Assembly (NCBI GenBank): GCA_964464605.1
Contig: CAYXJN010000001.1
Coordinates: 67,068-131,067, forward strand
DNA length: 64,000 nucleotides
From: an uncultured Ignavibacteriales bacterium
Lineage (GTDB): Bacteria; Zixibacteria; MSB-5A5; GN15; FEB-12
Reading direction: 5' to 3'
The notes beneath the pieces were generated by a model that searched no databases, was not told the origin of the DNA, and worked only from the letters and a program-made list of their open reading frames with translations. Positions 7,333 through 17,745 of the stretch are shown piece by piece. Every line of letters starts with the position of its first letter. The first letter of the stretch is position 1. A program made the position numbers and the translations under genes.

Positions 7333-10300
7333 TTACTTCACGAGCAGCATTTTCTTGGTGTCGCTGTACGTACCAGCTTCCAACTTGTAGAAGTAAACAC
7401 CTGACGCATACTGACTGGCATCCCACTCTATCTTTACCACACCGGCATCGTGCTCATCCTTCCACTGAGTAACCTTCTGGCCAAGGATGTTGTACACGGT
7501 TAAGGTGAATTCGGTTTTCTTGGGCAATGAGAACTTAATCGTCGTCTTCGGATTGAACGGGTTCGGGTAGTTCTGCGAAAGTGAGAACTTAGCCGGCAAC
7601 GAATTACCCACGTCAACCTTCATCATAGCACCGTCGTACGAACCGGCTTCGATGCTCTTAATAGTCTTCGTGCCACCGGTAACTGTTATGATAGTACCGG
7701 TTTCGACAAATCCGCGCCCGCTGCTTGAGTAGATAAGCATGCGGGTATCTTTACCGTCGAAGTTCGAGCGAAGTTCCATTCCGGCAAGTTTTTCGTTCAG
7801 CGTTGCCTGTACTTCGCCTTCGAATATGACAGAGATAGCGCCGATCTTGTCTTTCGCCTCGGCAATCGATAACACACCGTTTTCAAAGCTGAACGCAACT
7901 TCCGGCAGGTCGTTCGGGTTGATCTTCGGCATCGGGGGCGCATCGCCGATCACGACACGGATCAGGTAAACCAGATCCGCGACCGAAAGCGGAATACCAT
8001 CGCCGTTCACATCAGAAGCAGCTATTTGGCCTTCCTGATTGATATTAAACACCGACAAGCCGAATACGAAGTAGTTGCTATAAAGAACGGCATCGGACAC
8101 TTCGTAGGCGATTTCGTTCAAGTTAATATCGCCGCGTGCATCGATAGAGTCGGCGCAGACGATATCGATACCGCCGTTGGTATAATCAACGCAGCGAATC
8201 GGACGCGGTTTGCCGGGACCGCCGCCAATCATACAGGAGTCTTTGACACCATAATAACCCGGGAAGCCGTAGGAGTTATTGGTGATATTGTTGAACTCGA
8301 AATCGTAGACTTCGCGTGAAACGTACAGCGTATCACCGGAACGGTCTGCGAATCCGTTATCACCGCAATCGAGCCAGAAGAAGCGGATCGGAACATACTG
8401 GCATTCAAGCGTACGATCATTGGAGACCAGGAACTGTATATCGGCGAGTGAACCGAGCTGTCCGTCAAGGAAACAGCTTGGGTGGTATGCGCCGTTATTG
8501 GTTTCCGCAATAGCCGTGATGCGCAATGCACCGCTCGGGCAGGCGTTGCCGCAATTACCGTTCGCGCCAAGGCGATAGCTGAAGTATTCCCAACCGCAGG
8601 CTTCGAAAGCATTACCGGGTGCGGCACTGAGCGGAACGACAGCGGAAGCGTCATAGGCAATCAACAAGTCATAACCGCCTAACTGCTTGCCGGAACCGTT
8701 GAGATATATTTGCACATGTTCAACTTGACCCTGAATAGCATCATGTGTCTTTTCGATTTGTACGTGAATACACTCATCGATCTGAATCGTGATACAGAGC
8801 GTATCAATTGTCTGCGCACCGCAGCCGTCGGTCGCGGTAATCACGAAGCAGTATTCACCTGAGCTATCGGCGTTGAAGCAGATCTGGTCGTTGAAGGCAT
8901 CGTACGTACCGGTCGGCGTTACGGTCACGCTCGACAAGTTATTGTTCGGATCGGAGATATTCGCATCGAAACAGGTCTGACCTGGGGCATCAAGATACGC
9001 CGTGAAATCAGGCGGCAGATTGAGCACCGGCGGTTCATTGAAGTCGATAGTAATAATCGAGGTATCGACATCAACCGCGCCGCAGGCATCGGTCGACTGA
9101 AGCACGAAGATATAGCTGCGTTCACCAGCCGGGACATTGAAGCAAATCTGACCACCGCTATAGGTGCCGTTAGCCGAAATCAATTGACAGTTGGTCAGGT
9201 TGTTGTCGACATCGGTGCAGCCGGCTGGCCAGCAAATTTGACCAGTACCGCACATAAAGAATGTGCTGTCTTTTCCGGCGTTGGCAACCGGCGGGGTGTT
9301 GATATCAAACACAACCTTGAATGAATCGACACAACCGGCGCCGCACTGATCAAGGCATTGAATCTTCACAACGACGGTTTGGTCTGCACTCGGCGTAAAG
9401 ACCCAGTTATTGCCGATAATTGTACCCGGTCCGGATACAATTTCGCAATGATCGAAGTTGCCATTCGGGTCGGTCGCTCCAACCGGCAAGCTGACCTGGG
9501 TCGGCGTGCACTGGAAGAAGGTCGTGTCATTCGGCAGGTTACAAATCGGGCCGACGTTGATCGTGATGGTCACGACGACGGTGTCACGATCCGTTAAGCC
9601 GCAGGCATCAGTCGCCTGAATGATAAAGGTGTATGCACCCGAAGATGCCGGGGTGAAGCAAATCTGGCCACCACCCAGCGTTCCTGGTCCTGAAATCAAG
9701 GTAATGCCGGTCAAGTTACCGTTCGGATCAGTTGCAGAAACCGGTCTGCAGACTGAGGTCGATGAACAGAGGAACAGGCTTGTATCCGCACCTGCGTTGG
9801 CAACCGGCGGGGCGTTGAGCTGAACGTTCACATTAATAGTATCGCGATCAGTCAGTCCACAGGCATCAGTCGCCTGGACTATTATCGTATACACACCGGT
9901 TGACGGCGGCGTGAAGCAGACACGGTTATTAAGTGTATCAATTGTTCCGGGGCCGCTGATGAGCTGCTCGTTGGTAACGTTATTGTTCGGGTCGGAAACG
10001 GAGTAGTTCACACAAATCTGACCGCTTGAGCATTGGAACAATGTGGTGTCGTTACCGAACGCAATGCTCGGCGGATCGTTGAGCGTTACATGAACAGTCA
10101 TGCTCACTGTATCAGCCGCGCCGCATGAATCGATAACCGCAGCCGTTACGGTGTAGTTACCGGTTACATTCGGCGTGAAACACCAGAGTCCGGTGTTTGA
10201 TACTGTTCCTGCGCCGGAGAGACGAATCCAGTTCAGCGTACCGCCATTAACGTCAGTCGCAACAAACTGGTAGCACAACTGCGTCGGCACACAGAGGAAC

Positions 10301-13300
10301 GTATCAATCACCGACGGCGGCGGATTTTGCGCAACCGGGTTGCTGTTGATTGTTACCGTCACACTGAATGAACAGGTATCGCTGCCGCAGCTGGTGCTGG
10401 CAATAACGGTGAAGTTATAGGTTCCTGAAGAACCGGCGTAGAAGCAGACATTACCGCCGGAATAGGTTCCGCTCGGTGATACCGTAACGGTCGCACCCGA
10501 ACCGACAACTGATATCGGCACACAGACTGAATCAGCGGAGCAGAGGAATACCGCCTGCGGAGCCGGGCAGTTCACCTGTGCCGCGCTGCCGATAGTAACG
10601 TTAAAGACCAGATCACAGGTATCCACGCCGCATGATGATGTCGCAATCACCTTCGCGTTGTAGGTACCGGAAGTTGCGGCATTAAAGCAGAGTTGGCCTG
10701 CAGAATAGGTACCGAGTGTCGTCGTTACCGTTGCGCCTGCCGGGGCAATCGGCAGCATGTAGCAAACCGGACCAGGGGCGCAAAGCGAAACGTTAATTGG
10801 TCCGCTTGGGCAGGTAATGTTCGCAAAGGAACCAAAAGTAATCGTAGCATTCAAAGTGTCCTGATCAAAGTCGCCGCAGGAATCCTGCACCCGAACGATG
10901 AACTGATACGCACCCGCCAAAGTCGGCGTGAAGCAGACACGGTTATTAAGCGTATCGATACTGCCCGCACCGGAAATCAGGAACTCAGACAGTTTCGCCA
11001 GACCGTTTGCATCCGATACTGCGTACGGGAAGCAAATCTGGGTCGGTGAACAAAGCTGAATCGTCGTGTCGTTGCCCAGTGCAATCACTGGATTGCTGTT
11101 GAGCGTGACGTTGACCGTCAACGTATCGACATGGAACGCACCACAGGAATCTTCCGCACGAAGCGTAAAGGTATACGTTCCGCTGGCAACCGGGTTGAAA
11201 CAGACTTGTGATCCGTTATAGGAGCCCGGTCCATTGAAGATACAGTCTGCAAGGTTGCCGTTTGCATCGGTACAGGAAGCCGGGAAACAAAGCGTATTGG
11301 TCGAATCACACAGGAAGAGATTTTGATTCGGCCCTAAGCTCGCAACCGGCGCGGTATTAATCGTAACATTTACGGTAATTGTATCCTGATCCGAAAGGCC
11401 GCACTCATCCTGAATCTTCACGATAAACGTGCTGACTCCGCTGGCACCCGGTGTGTAACAAATCTGGGAGTTCGGAATATCGAGCGTTCCCGGGCCGGAG
11501 AGTTTGGTAATGGTCACCGGACGAGGATAATCAGGGTCGGACGGTGTGAACGGTATGCAGACTTGCTGCGAAGCGCACAGGAATATCGACGTGTCGGCTC
11601 CGAAAGCAATGCTCGGTGCCTGGTTAACGTCGATATCAACCACGAAGTCCGAGGTGCAGGTTGCACCGCATGAATCCTGACACTGCATAATTACATGAAC
11701 CGTTTGATCGCCGCTCGGCGTGTAACACCAGTTGTTGCCGATGAGTGACCCCGGACCGGAGATAATCTGGCAGAACTGCAGGTTGCCGTTTGCATCAGTT
11801 GCAAATGCCGGCAAGCAAATCTGCGTCGGGGTGCACTGGAAGAAGCTCGTATCATTCGGCACCACACAGACCGGCGCTGAATTGATAGTGATATGGATGA
11901 CCGCGGTATCACGATCAGTACGACCACAAGCATCGGTCGCTTCCATGATAAAGGTATGGTTACCGCTTGCCGCCGGGGTGAAGCAGATCGTAGAGCCGTT
12001 GTATGAACCGGGACCGGAAACAAGCGCGTAGTTGACCAGGTTGTTATCGGGATCAGATGCAGAGACCGGCCAACACACCTGAGTCGGCGCGCATTGGAAC
12101 AGCGTTTGATCCGGACCGGCGTTCGCAACCGGCGGGCTGTTCAGGGTGTAGTAGATAACAACCGTATCATAAGTGGAAACGCCGCAAGAATCGGTCGCTT
12201 TGAGCACGAATTCATAATTCAACGTTCCAGTCGGGGTGAAGCAGATGGTAGAACCGTTGTATGTTCCCGGGCTGCCCATCAACTGGACAGATTGCAGGTT
12301 GCCGTTCGGATCGCTTACTGATACCGGCCAGCAAATCGCCGCGACGTTGCACTGGAAGATCGTCTGGTTCGCACCGGCATTCACCACAGGCGCTGTGTTG
12401 AAATTGACCGTCGCGTTGACCGTGTCAACATCGGTAGCGCCGCATGAATCGGTCACCTGCAGAATGAACTGGTAGGTACCCGGTGAGGTTACCGACCAGC
12501 AGATACGATTGTTCGGCACATCCACAAAGCCGGGGCCTGCTAATAATGTATAGGACTGGATATTGTTATTCGGGTCGCTTGACGTAAAGAACACGCACTT
12601 CGACTCGGTCGCGCAGAGGAACATGGTGGTATCGTTACCAAAGTTCACCACCGGTGCGCTGTTAATCGTCACATTATAGGTCATCGAAATCGTGTCAGCT
12701 GCGCCGCACGAGTCGGTCACTGCTGCCGTTACGGAGTAGCTTCCGCTCGCTCCCGGCGTGAAGCACCAGAGGCCGCCGCTCGTTACCGTACCGGCGCCGG
12801 AGAGTCGGCTCCAAGTCAGCGTACCGCCGTTGACATCGTTAACTGTGAACTGACGACAAATCTGAGCGGATGCACAGATGAACGTATCTTTCGGCGTCGG
12901 CGGTTGTACCGCTATAGGAGCGGAGTTCTTAGTAACGTTGACAATTAAATTACAGGTATCGGCACCACAGGTAGTGGATGCAATAATTTTAATGACATAG
13001 TGACCGGATGTATCGGCAGTAAAGCAAACATTGCCGCCGCTATAGGTACCAATCGGTGAAACCGTGACTGTCGCACCGGCCGGAGTAATAGTTACCGGCG
13101 TACAAATACTGGTCGTAGCGCATATGAACTTGGTTTGCGTTGCCGGACAAACGATATCGGCAGCCTGACCGGTGGTGATAGTCACCACGATAGTGTCACG
13201 ATCATTCAGACCGCATGAATCCTGTACCTGGGCGATGAACTGATAGGTTCCCGCAGCAGCCGGGGTAAAGCAAACCCGGTTGTTCAACGTATCGATTGTT

Positions 13301-16300
13301 CCGGAACCTGAGATTAAAGTTTCGGTCAGTTTAGCTGTTCCCTGCGGATCACTGATAGTATACGGCAAGCAGATTTGCGCCGGTGTGCACTGGAAGATAG
13401 AAGTGTCATTACCGAATGCAATCGTCGGCGCACCGTTAAGCGTCACATTATAAGTAAGCGTCGTGGTGTCTTTGGCACCGCAGGAATCTTGAACAACTGC
13501 CTGAATGCTGTATGAGCCGGCACCGGCAGGAGTAAAGCACCAGTTACCACCTGTCGTGATAGAACCGGCGCCTGAAAGTTTTGTCCACGTAAGTGTTCCA
13601 CCATTCGGATCGGTCGCCGCAAACTGATAACAAATCTGTGTTGCAGTACACTGGAATACTGAGACTGGTGTGGTCGGGTTCGTTGCTACCGGCGGAGAGT
13701 TCTTGGTAACGGTTACTTGCAGATCGCAGGTATCGGAACCGCAGGTGGTCGAGGCAATCATGCGAATATTGTAGACACCGGAAGTATCGGCATTGAAGCA
13801 GACCTGACCGGCGCTGTAGCTGCCGATCGGCGTTACGTTGACCGTCGCACCTGATCCGATTACACCAACCGGAATACAAACACTGCCGGTCGCGCAGATA
13901 AATCTGCTTTGCGGACCCGGACAGCTGATCTGCGCGGCAGATCCGATAGTGACATTGAACGTAAGATTACAGGTATCGACGCCGCAGGCAGTGGATGCTA
14001 TTACGCGAATATTATAGGTACCGGAGCTGTCGGCCTGGAAGCAGAGTTGTCCGCCTGAGTAGGTACCAAAGTTGGTCGAGATGGTAGCGCCTGCCGGAGT
14101 AATGGTAAGCGCCTGGCAAACCTGACCGGTATTACAGAGCGATACATTGATAGGACTGGCCGGACAAACGATATCAGCAGCCTGACCCGTGGTAATCGTT
14201 ACCACTATAGTATCACGATCATTCAAACCGCATGAATCCTGCACCTGAGCAATGAACTGGTAACTTCCGGCACCCGACGGAGTGAAGCAGATTCGGTTAT
14301 TGAGCGTATCAATCGAACCGAAACCGGAAATCATCGTTTCCGTCAGTTTCGCCGTCCCCTGCGGATCACTCACCGTATACGGCAAACAAATCTGCGCCGG
14401 GGTACACTGGAAAATTGAGGTATCGTTGCCGAACGCTATGGTCGGAGCACCATTAATTGTCACATTATAGGTAAGGGTTGTGGTGTCTTTAGCACCGCAG
14501 GAATCTTGTACAACCGCCTGAATGCTGTATGACCCGGAACCGGAAGGTGTAAAGCACCAATTACCGCCACTGGTAATCGTGCCGGAACCGGAAAGTTTGG
14601 TCCATGTCAATGTTCCGCCATTCGGATCAGTAGCTGCAAACTGATAGCAGATTTGTGCAGCTGTACACTGGAACACCGAAACCGGTGTGGGCGGGTTGGT
14701 CGCTACCGGTGAAGCATTCTTGGTAACGTCTACGACTACGTTACAGGTATCCGCACCGCAGGAGGTAGATGCGATAACCTTGATGACATAATGGCCGGAG
14801 GTGTCAGCATTGAAACAGAGTTGTCCGCTGCTATACGTACCAATCGGTGAGACAGTGATGGTCGCACCGCCCGGAGTAATTGTAATCGGTGTGCAGATGC
14901 TGCTGGTCGCGCAGATAAATTTGGTCTGCGTTGCCGGGCACACAATATCGGCTGCCTGACCGAAACCGACGGTCACGACAACAGTATCTTTATCCGTCAG
15001 GCCGCATGAGTCAGTCACCTGCGCGATAAACTGGTAGGTACCGGCAGAGGCCGGGGTGAAACAGATTTTGTTATTGAGGGTATCGATAGAGCCGAATCCG
15101 GACACCATCGTTTCCGTCAGTTTGGCAGTTCCCTGCGGATCGCTCACGGTGTACGACACGCAAATCGATTGCGGAGCGCAGAGGAATAACGAGGTGTCAT
15201 TACCGAACGCAATGGTCGGCGCACCGTTGATAGTTACATTATAGGTAAGCGTCGTGGTATCTTTCGCACCGCAGGAGTCGGACACGACTGCCTGAATGCT
15301 GTATGCCCCGGAACCTGACGGAGTGAAGCACCAGTTACCGCCGCTGGTAATTGTGCCTGAACCGGAGAGTTTTGTCCAGGTCAGTGTTCCGCCGTTAATA
15401 TCGGTTGCGGCGAACGGATAGCAAATCTGTGTCGCCGTGCACTGGAACACCGAAACCGGTGTGGACGGATTGGTGGCTATCGGGGCAGAGTTAATCGTAA
15501 TATTGTATTGAATGTTCGAGGTATCAGCCAAACCGCATGAGTCGGTTACTACAACCGTTGCGGAATAGGTGCCGGAAAGAGTCGGCGATACGCAGTAGTT
15601 ACCGCCTGCGGTAATTGATCCGGCGCCACTCAACTTAGTCCAAGTGAGTGTTCCGCCATTAGGGTCGGTGGCCGTAAACTGGTAGCATACCTGCGTTGGG
15701 CTACATTGAAAAACCGTAAATGTCGACGGATTTACGGCCACCGGCGCGGAATTTTTCGTAACGGTTACAACAACCGTATCCCTGTCGGTGAGGCCGCAGG
15801 AATCAGTTGCCTGGATAATGAATGTGTGTGCTCCCGTAGATGCTGGCGTAAAACAAATCTGGTTCCCACTCAATGTTCCAGACCCTGAAACCAATGAAGT
15901 TGCGCTCAAATTTCCATCCGGATCACTGAACGTTACCGGGAAACAAATCTGAGCGAAATTACACTGGAATTTAGAAAAATCTGCTCCGGCATTTGCCACC
16001 GGCGGACGATTTAACTGTACGGTTACATAACCGACATCGGTAGTCATATGACCACATGCATCCGTCGCCGTGACGGAAACCGTGTACACACCGGAGGTGT
16101 CGGCGTTGAAGCAGATATCGGTAGTCGAGGTTGACGCCGCAGTGCGTGCCGCAACGGCATCAACTTCAAACGTGCCACCGGTCACTTCTATACGAATACG
16201 GTCGAATAAAATACCGTCCGGTACATCAAGTGTAATACCGCCGAACCCGCTCCCGCTGGATGCGTTCGGAATCGTTACGTTGACGGTATGAACAGTTGTG

Positions 16301-17745
16301 CCGCCGTTGCGCAGTTTAATTTCTGCTGTGTTGGTTCCGCTTGCTGCATAACAGAACAAAATGATGTCGACTTTTGCGCCGTTACAAGTGGTTATGGCAG
16401 ACGGGAAACCGATAATCGCATTGTCAGTATTGTTAAAATCAGCGGAGCCGTCACCGTCGGTACCGTCCGGGCCGCCGGAACCGGTAAGCGTGAATGTCAA
16501 ATCAGTCGGTGCGCCGATCATTTGGCTCGTCATGTTGTTGGAACCGGAAATACCGGATGAAGAAACGATAGAAGAACCGAACGCAAAATTCGGCAACGTG
16601 ACTGACACGCCGGTCGTGGTTGCAACAGTACCGGAGAAATCACCGGCATCGTAAAGCGGGTTGCCCGCTCCCGTTCCGCCGACTTGTGTTACGGTTCCAC
16701 CCAGGGAACGTATTTTTGCAATCTGATCGAAACTACTGCTGTTGCCGCTGTAGCTGCCGATGTTGGTCGTGACGGAAGTAATATCGCAATCGGCATCGGT
16801 AATCGATATCGGCAGACAGATCTGACCGCTGGTGCACATCTCGACACTCAAATCAGGAACAACGACAACCGGTGAGGCGCCGTTTTGGACGATGACATTC
16901 ATCGTGTCGTAATCGGTTGCACCCAGAATATCGATAACTTTGAAAACGAAGGTATACGTACCCGGGCCGCCCGGCGTAAAGCAGTGCTGCGTGGAAATGG
17001 TTCCTTTGCCGTGCTGTGTGGTAAATGTTCCCAATCCGGAGATTTTTGACAGGTGAATCGAATCTCCCTGACAGTTCGGGTCGGTGGCCAGAATCGGGAA
17101 ACAGATTTGCCCGGGATTGCAGCTGATTACTGTCGTGTCGGCCGGAAGCGTAACAACCGGCGGGAAATTGTGGAAACGGAGTTTGATAACCAAGTCGTTG
17201 TGATCCTGATCACCACCGCCGTCGACATCTTCCCACGCGATAATGTATTCATGCGGCGTTCCGGTTGGGAATACCCACATATGGTCATACAAATCATCGT
17301 TGTATGATTCTTTACTGAACCAGCGATCGTTTTCACCGGGAAGATTCGGCTTCATATAGAAGCCGATAGAGTCAAATGAGCTAAAGGTAAAGTTTACTGA
17401 ATCGCCGGGCGTGTCGCTCGGACCAAAGAGCTGATAAAATACTGAGGTGTCATGCGCCTTGTAATATCCCGAAGATGCGTACGCGGCGGAACCGGCTACT
17501 TCGATAAGCATCGTTGCCGTGTTGGTGCCGTATCGTCCACACAGCGACTGCGCGCCAATTTCGTCATTCGCAACATCAATGTCATAGCCGAGAGAATCGA
17601 GGATGAACTGCAAGGATCGTTCAGACAGCGCTTTTCCATATACGCGTACTGAATCCTGCCATTTCATCTGCGCCTGTGCGGAAGGCGCGGCGAATGCGAG
17701 GAGTACTCCGAATAAAAGGAGCAATCCTATACGTGAACCTTTCAT
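7333..17745 (-). CDS. Giant secreted protein (about 3470 aa): DUF4114-like N-domain, about 30 Cys-rich Ig-like repeats, cohesin-like, dockerin-like and T9SS-type C-terminal domains
   Basis: Uninterrupted ORF. Signal peptide MKGSRIGLLLLFGVLLAFAAPSAQA from ATG 17745 (listed ORF starts at 17832). Recurrent D-x-C-G and ICFTP motifs; DVNGDGIPLSVADLVYLI; LSQNYPNPFNPKTTIKFSLP...GVYFYKL. Confidence 0.85.
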   Translation of the reverse strand: MKGSRIGLLLLFGVLLAFAAPSAQAQMKWQDSVRVYGKALSERSLQFILDSLGYDIDVANDEIGAQSLCGRYGTNTATMLIEVAGSAAYASSGYYKAHDTSVFYQLFGPSDTPGDSVNFTFSSFDSIGFYMKPNLPGENDRWFSKESYNDDLYDHMWVFPTGTPHEYIIAWEDVDGGGDQDHNDLVIKLRFHNFPPVVTLPADTTVISCNPGQICFPILATDPNCQGDSIHLSKISGLGTFTTQHGKGTISTQHCFTPGGPGTYTFVFKVIDILGATDYDTMNVIVQNGASPVVVVPDLSVEMCTSGQICLPISITDADCDITSVTTNIGSYSGNSSSFDQIAKIRSLGGTVTQVGGTGAGNPLYDAGDFSGTVATTTGVSVTLPNFAFGSSIVSSSGISGSNNMTSQMIGAPTDLTFTLTGSGGPDGTDGDGSADFNNTDNAIIGFPSAITTCNGAKVDIILFCYAASGTNTAEIKLRNGGTTVHTVNVTIPNASSGSGFGGITLDVPDGILFDRIRIEVTGGTFEVDAVAARTAASTSTTDICFNADTSGVYTVSVTATDACGHMTTDVGYVTVQLNRPPVANAGADFSKFQCNFAQICFPVTFSDPDGNLSATSLVSGSGTLSGNQICFTPASTGAHTFIIQATDSCGLTDRDTVVVTVTKNSAPVAVNPSTFTVFQCSPTQVCYQFTATDPNGGTLTWTKLSGAGSITAGGNYCVSPTLSGTYSATVVVTDSCGLADTSNIQYNITINSAPIATNPSTPVSVFQCTATQICYPFAATDINGGTLTWTKLSGSGTITSGGNWCFTPSGSGAYSIQAVVSDSCGAKDTTTLTYNVTINGAPTIAFGNDTSLFLCAPQSICVSYTVSDPQGTAKLTETMVSGFGSIDTLNNKICFTPASAGTYQFIAQVTDSCGLTDKDTVVVTVGFGQAADIVCPATQTKFICATSSICTPITITPGGATITVSPIGTYSSGQLCFNADTSGHYVIKVIASTSCGADTCNVVVDVTKNASPVATNPPTPVSVFQCTAAQICYQFAATDPNGGTLTWTKLSGSGTITSGGNWCFTPSGSGSYSIQAVVQDSCGAKDTTTLTYNVTINGAPTIAFGNDTSIFQCTPAQICLPYTVSDPQGTAKLTETMISGFGSIDTLNNRICFTPSGAGSYQFIAQVQDSCGLNDRDTIVVTITTGQAADIVCPASPINVSLCNTGQVCQALTITPAGATISTNFGTYSGGQLCFQADSSGTYNIRVIASTACGVDTCNLTFNVTIGSAAQISCPGPQSRFICATGSVCIPVGVIGSGATVNVTPIGSYSAGQVCFNADTSGVYNIRMIASTTCGSDTCDLQVTVTKNSPPVATNPTTPVSVFQCTATQICYQFAATDPNGGTLTWTKLSGAGSITTGGNWCFTPAGAGSYSIQAVVQDSCGAKDTTTLTYNVTLNGAPTIAFGNDTSIFQCTPAQICLPYTISDPQGTAKLTETLISGSGTIDTLNNRVCFTPAAAGTYQFIAQVQDSCGLNDRDTIVVTITTGQAADIVCPATQTKFICATTSICTPVTITPAGATVTVSPIGTYSGGNVCFTADTSGHYVIKIIASTTCGADTCNLIVNVTKNSAPIAVQPPTPKDTFICASAQICRQFTVNDVNGGTLTWSRLSGAGTVTSGGLWCFTPGASGSYSVTAAVTDSCGAADTISMTYNVTINSAPVVNFGNDTTMFLCATESKCVFFTSSDPNNNIQSYTLLAGPGFVDVPNNRICWSVTSPGTYQFILQVTDSCGATDVDTVNATVNFNTAPVVNAGANQTIFQCNVAAICWPVSVSDPNGNLQSVQLMGSPGTYNGSTICFTPTGTLNYEFVLKATDSCGVSTYDTVVIYYTLNSPPVANAGPDQTLFQCAPTQVCWPVSASDPDNNLVNYALVSGPGSYNGSTICFTPAASGNHTFIMEATDACGRTDRDTAVIHITINSAPVCVVPNDTSFFQCTPTQICLPAFATDANGNLQFCQIISGPGSLIGNNWCYTPSGDQTVHVIMQCQDSCGATCTSDFVVDIDVNQAPSIAFGADTSIFLCASQQVCIPFTPSDPDYPRPVTITKLSGPGTLDIPNSQICYTPGASGVSTFIVKIQDECGLSDQDTITVNVTINTAPVASLGPNQNLFLCDSTNTLCFPASCTDANGNLADCIFNGPGSYNGSQVCFNPVASGTYTFTLRAEDSCGAFHVDTLTVNVTLNSNPVIALGNDTTIQLCSPTQICFPYAVSDANGLAKLSEFLISGAGSIDTLNNRVCFTPTLAGAYQFIVRVQDSCGDFDQDTLNATITFGSFANITCPSGPINVSLCAPGPVCYMLPIAPAGATVTTTLGTYSAGQLCFNAATSGTYNAKVIATSSCGVDTCDLVFNVTIGSAAQVNCPAPQAVFLCSADSVCVPISVVGSGATVTVSPSGTYSGGNVCFYAGSSGTYNFTVIASTSCGSDTCSFSVTVTINSNPVAQNPPPSVIDTFLCVPTQLCYQFVATDVNGGTLNWIRLSGAGTVSNTGLWCFTPNVTGNYTVTAAVIDSCGAADTVSMTVHVTLNDPPSIAFGNDTTLFQCSSGQICVNYSVSDPNNNVTNEQLISGPGTIDTLNNRVCFTPPSTGVYTIIVQATDACGLTDRDTINVNVQLNAPPVANAGADTSLFLCSSTSVCRPVSATDPNGNLTGITLISGPGTLGGGQICFTPASSGAYTFIIQATDACGLTDRDTVVVTITINVGPICNLPNDTTFFQCTPTQVSLPVGATDPNGNFDHCEIVSGPGTIIGNNWVFTPSADQTVVVKIQCLDQCGAGCVDSFKVVFDINTPPVANAGKDSTFFMCGTGQICWPAGCTDVDNNLTNCQLISANGTYSGGQICFNVPAGERSYIFVLQSTDACGAVDVDTSIITIDFNEPPVLNLPPDFTAYLDAPGQTCFDANISDPNNNLSSVTVTPTGTYDAFNDQICFNADSSGEYCFVITATDGCGAQTIDTLCITIQIDECIHVQIEKTHDAIQGQVEHVQIYLNGSGKQLGGYDLLIAYDASAVVPLSAAPGNAFEACGWEYFSYRLGANGNCGNACPSGALRITAIAETNNGAYHPSCFLDGQLGSLADIQFLVSNDRTLECQYVPIRFFWLDCGDNGFADRSGDTLYVSREVYDFEFNNITNNSYGFPGYYGVKDSCMIGGGPGKPRPIRCVDYTNGGIDIVCADSIDARGDINLNEIAYEVSDAVLYSNYFVFGLSVFNINQEGQIAASDVNGDGIPLSVADLVYLIRVVIGDAPPMPKINPNDLPEVAFSFENGVLSIAEAKDKIGAISVIFEGEVQATLNEKLAGMELRSNFDGKDTRMLIYSSSGRGFVETGTIITVTGGTKTIKSIEAGSYDGAMMKVDVGNSLPAKFSLSQNYPNPFNPKTTIKFSLPKKTEFTLTVYNILGQKVTQWKDEHDAGVVKIEWDASQYASGVYFYKLEAGTYSDTKKMLLVK
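12900..15480 (-). repeat. Three intragenic super-repeats (periods 774 and 1017 nt) inside the giant gene
   Basis: The anchor ACTGGAA(C/T)AC (SVFQC) occurs at 15441, 14667 and 13650; the peptides are near-identical. Confidence 0.8.
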
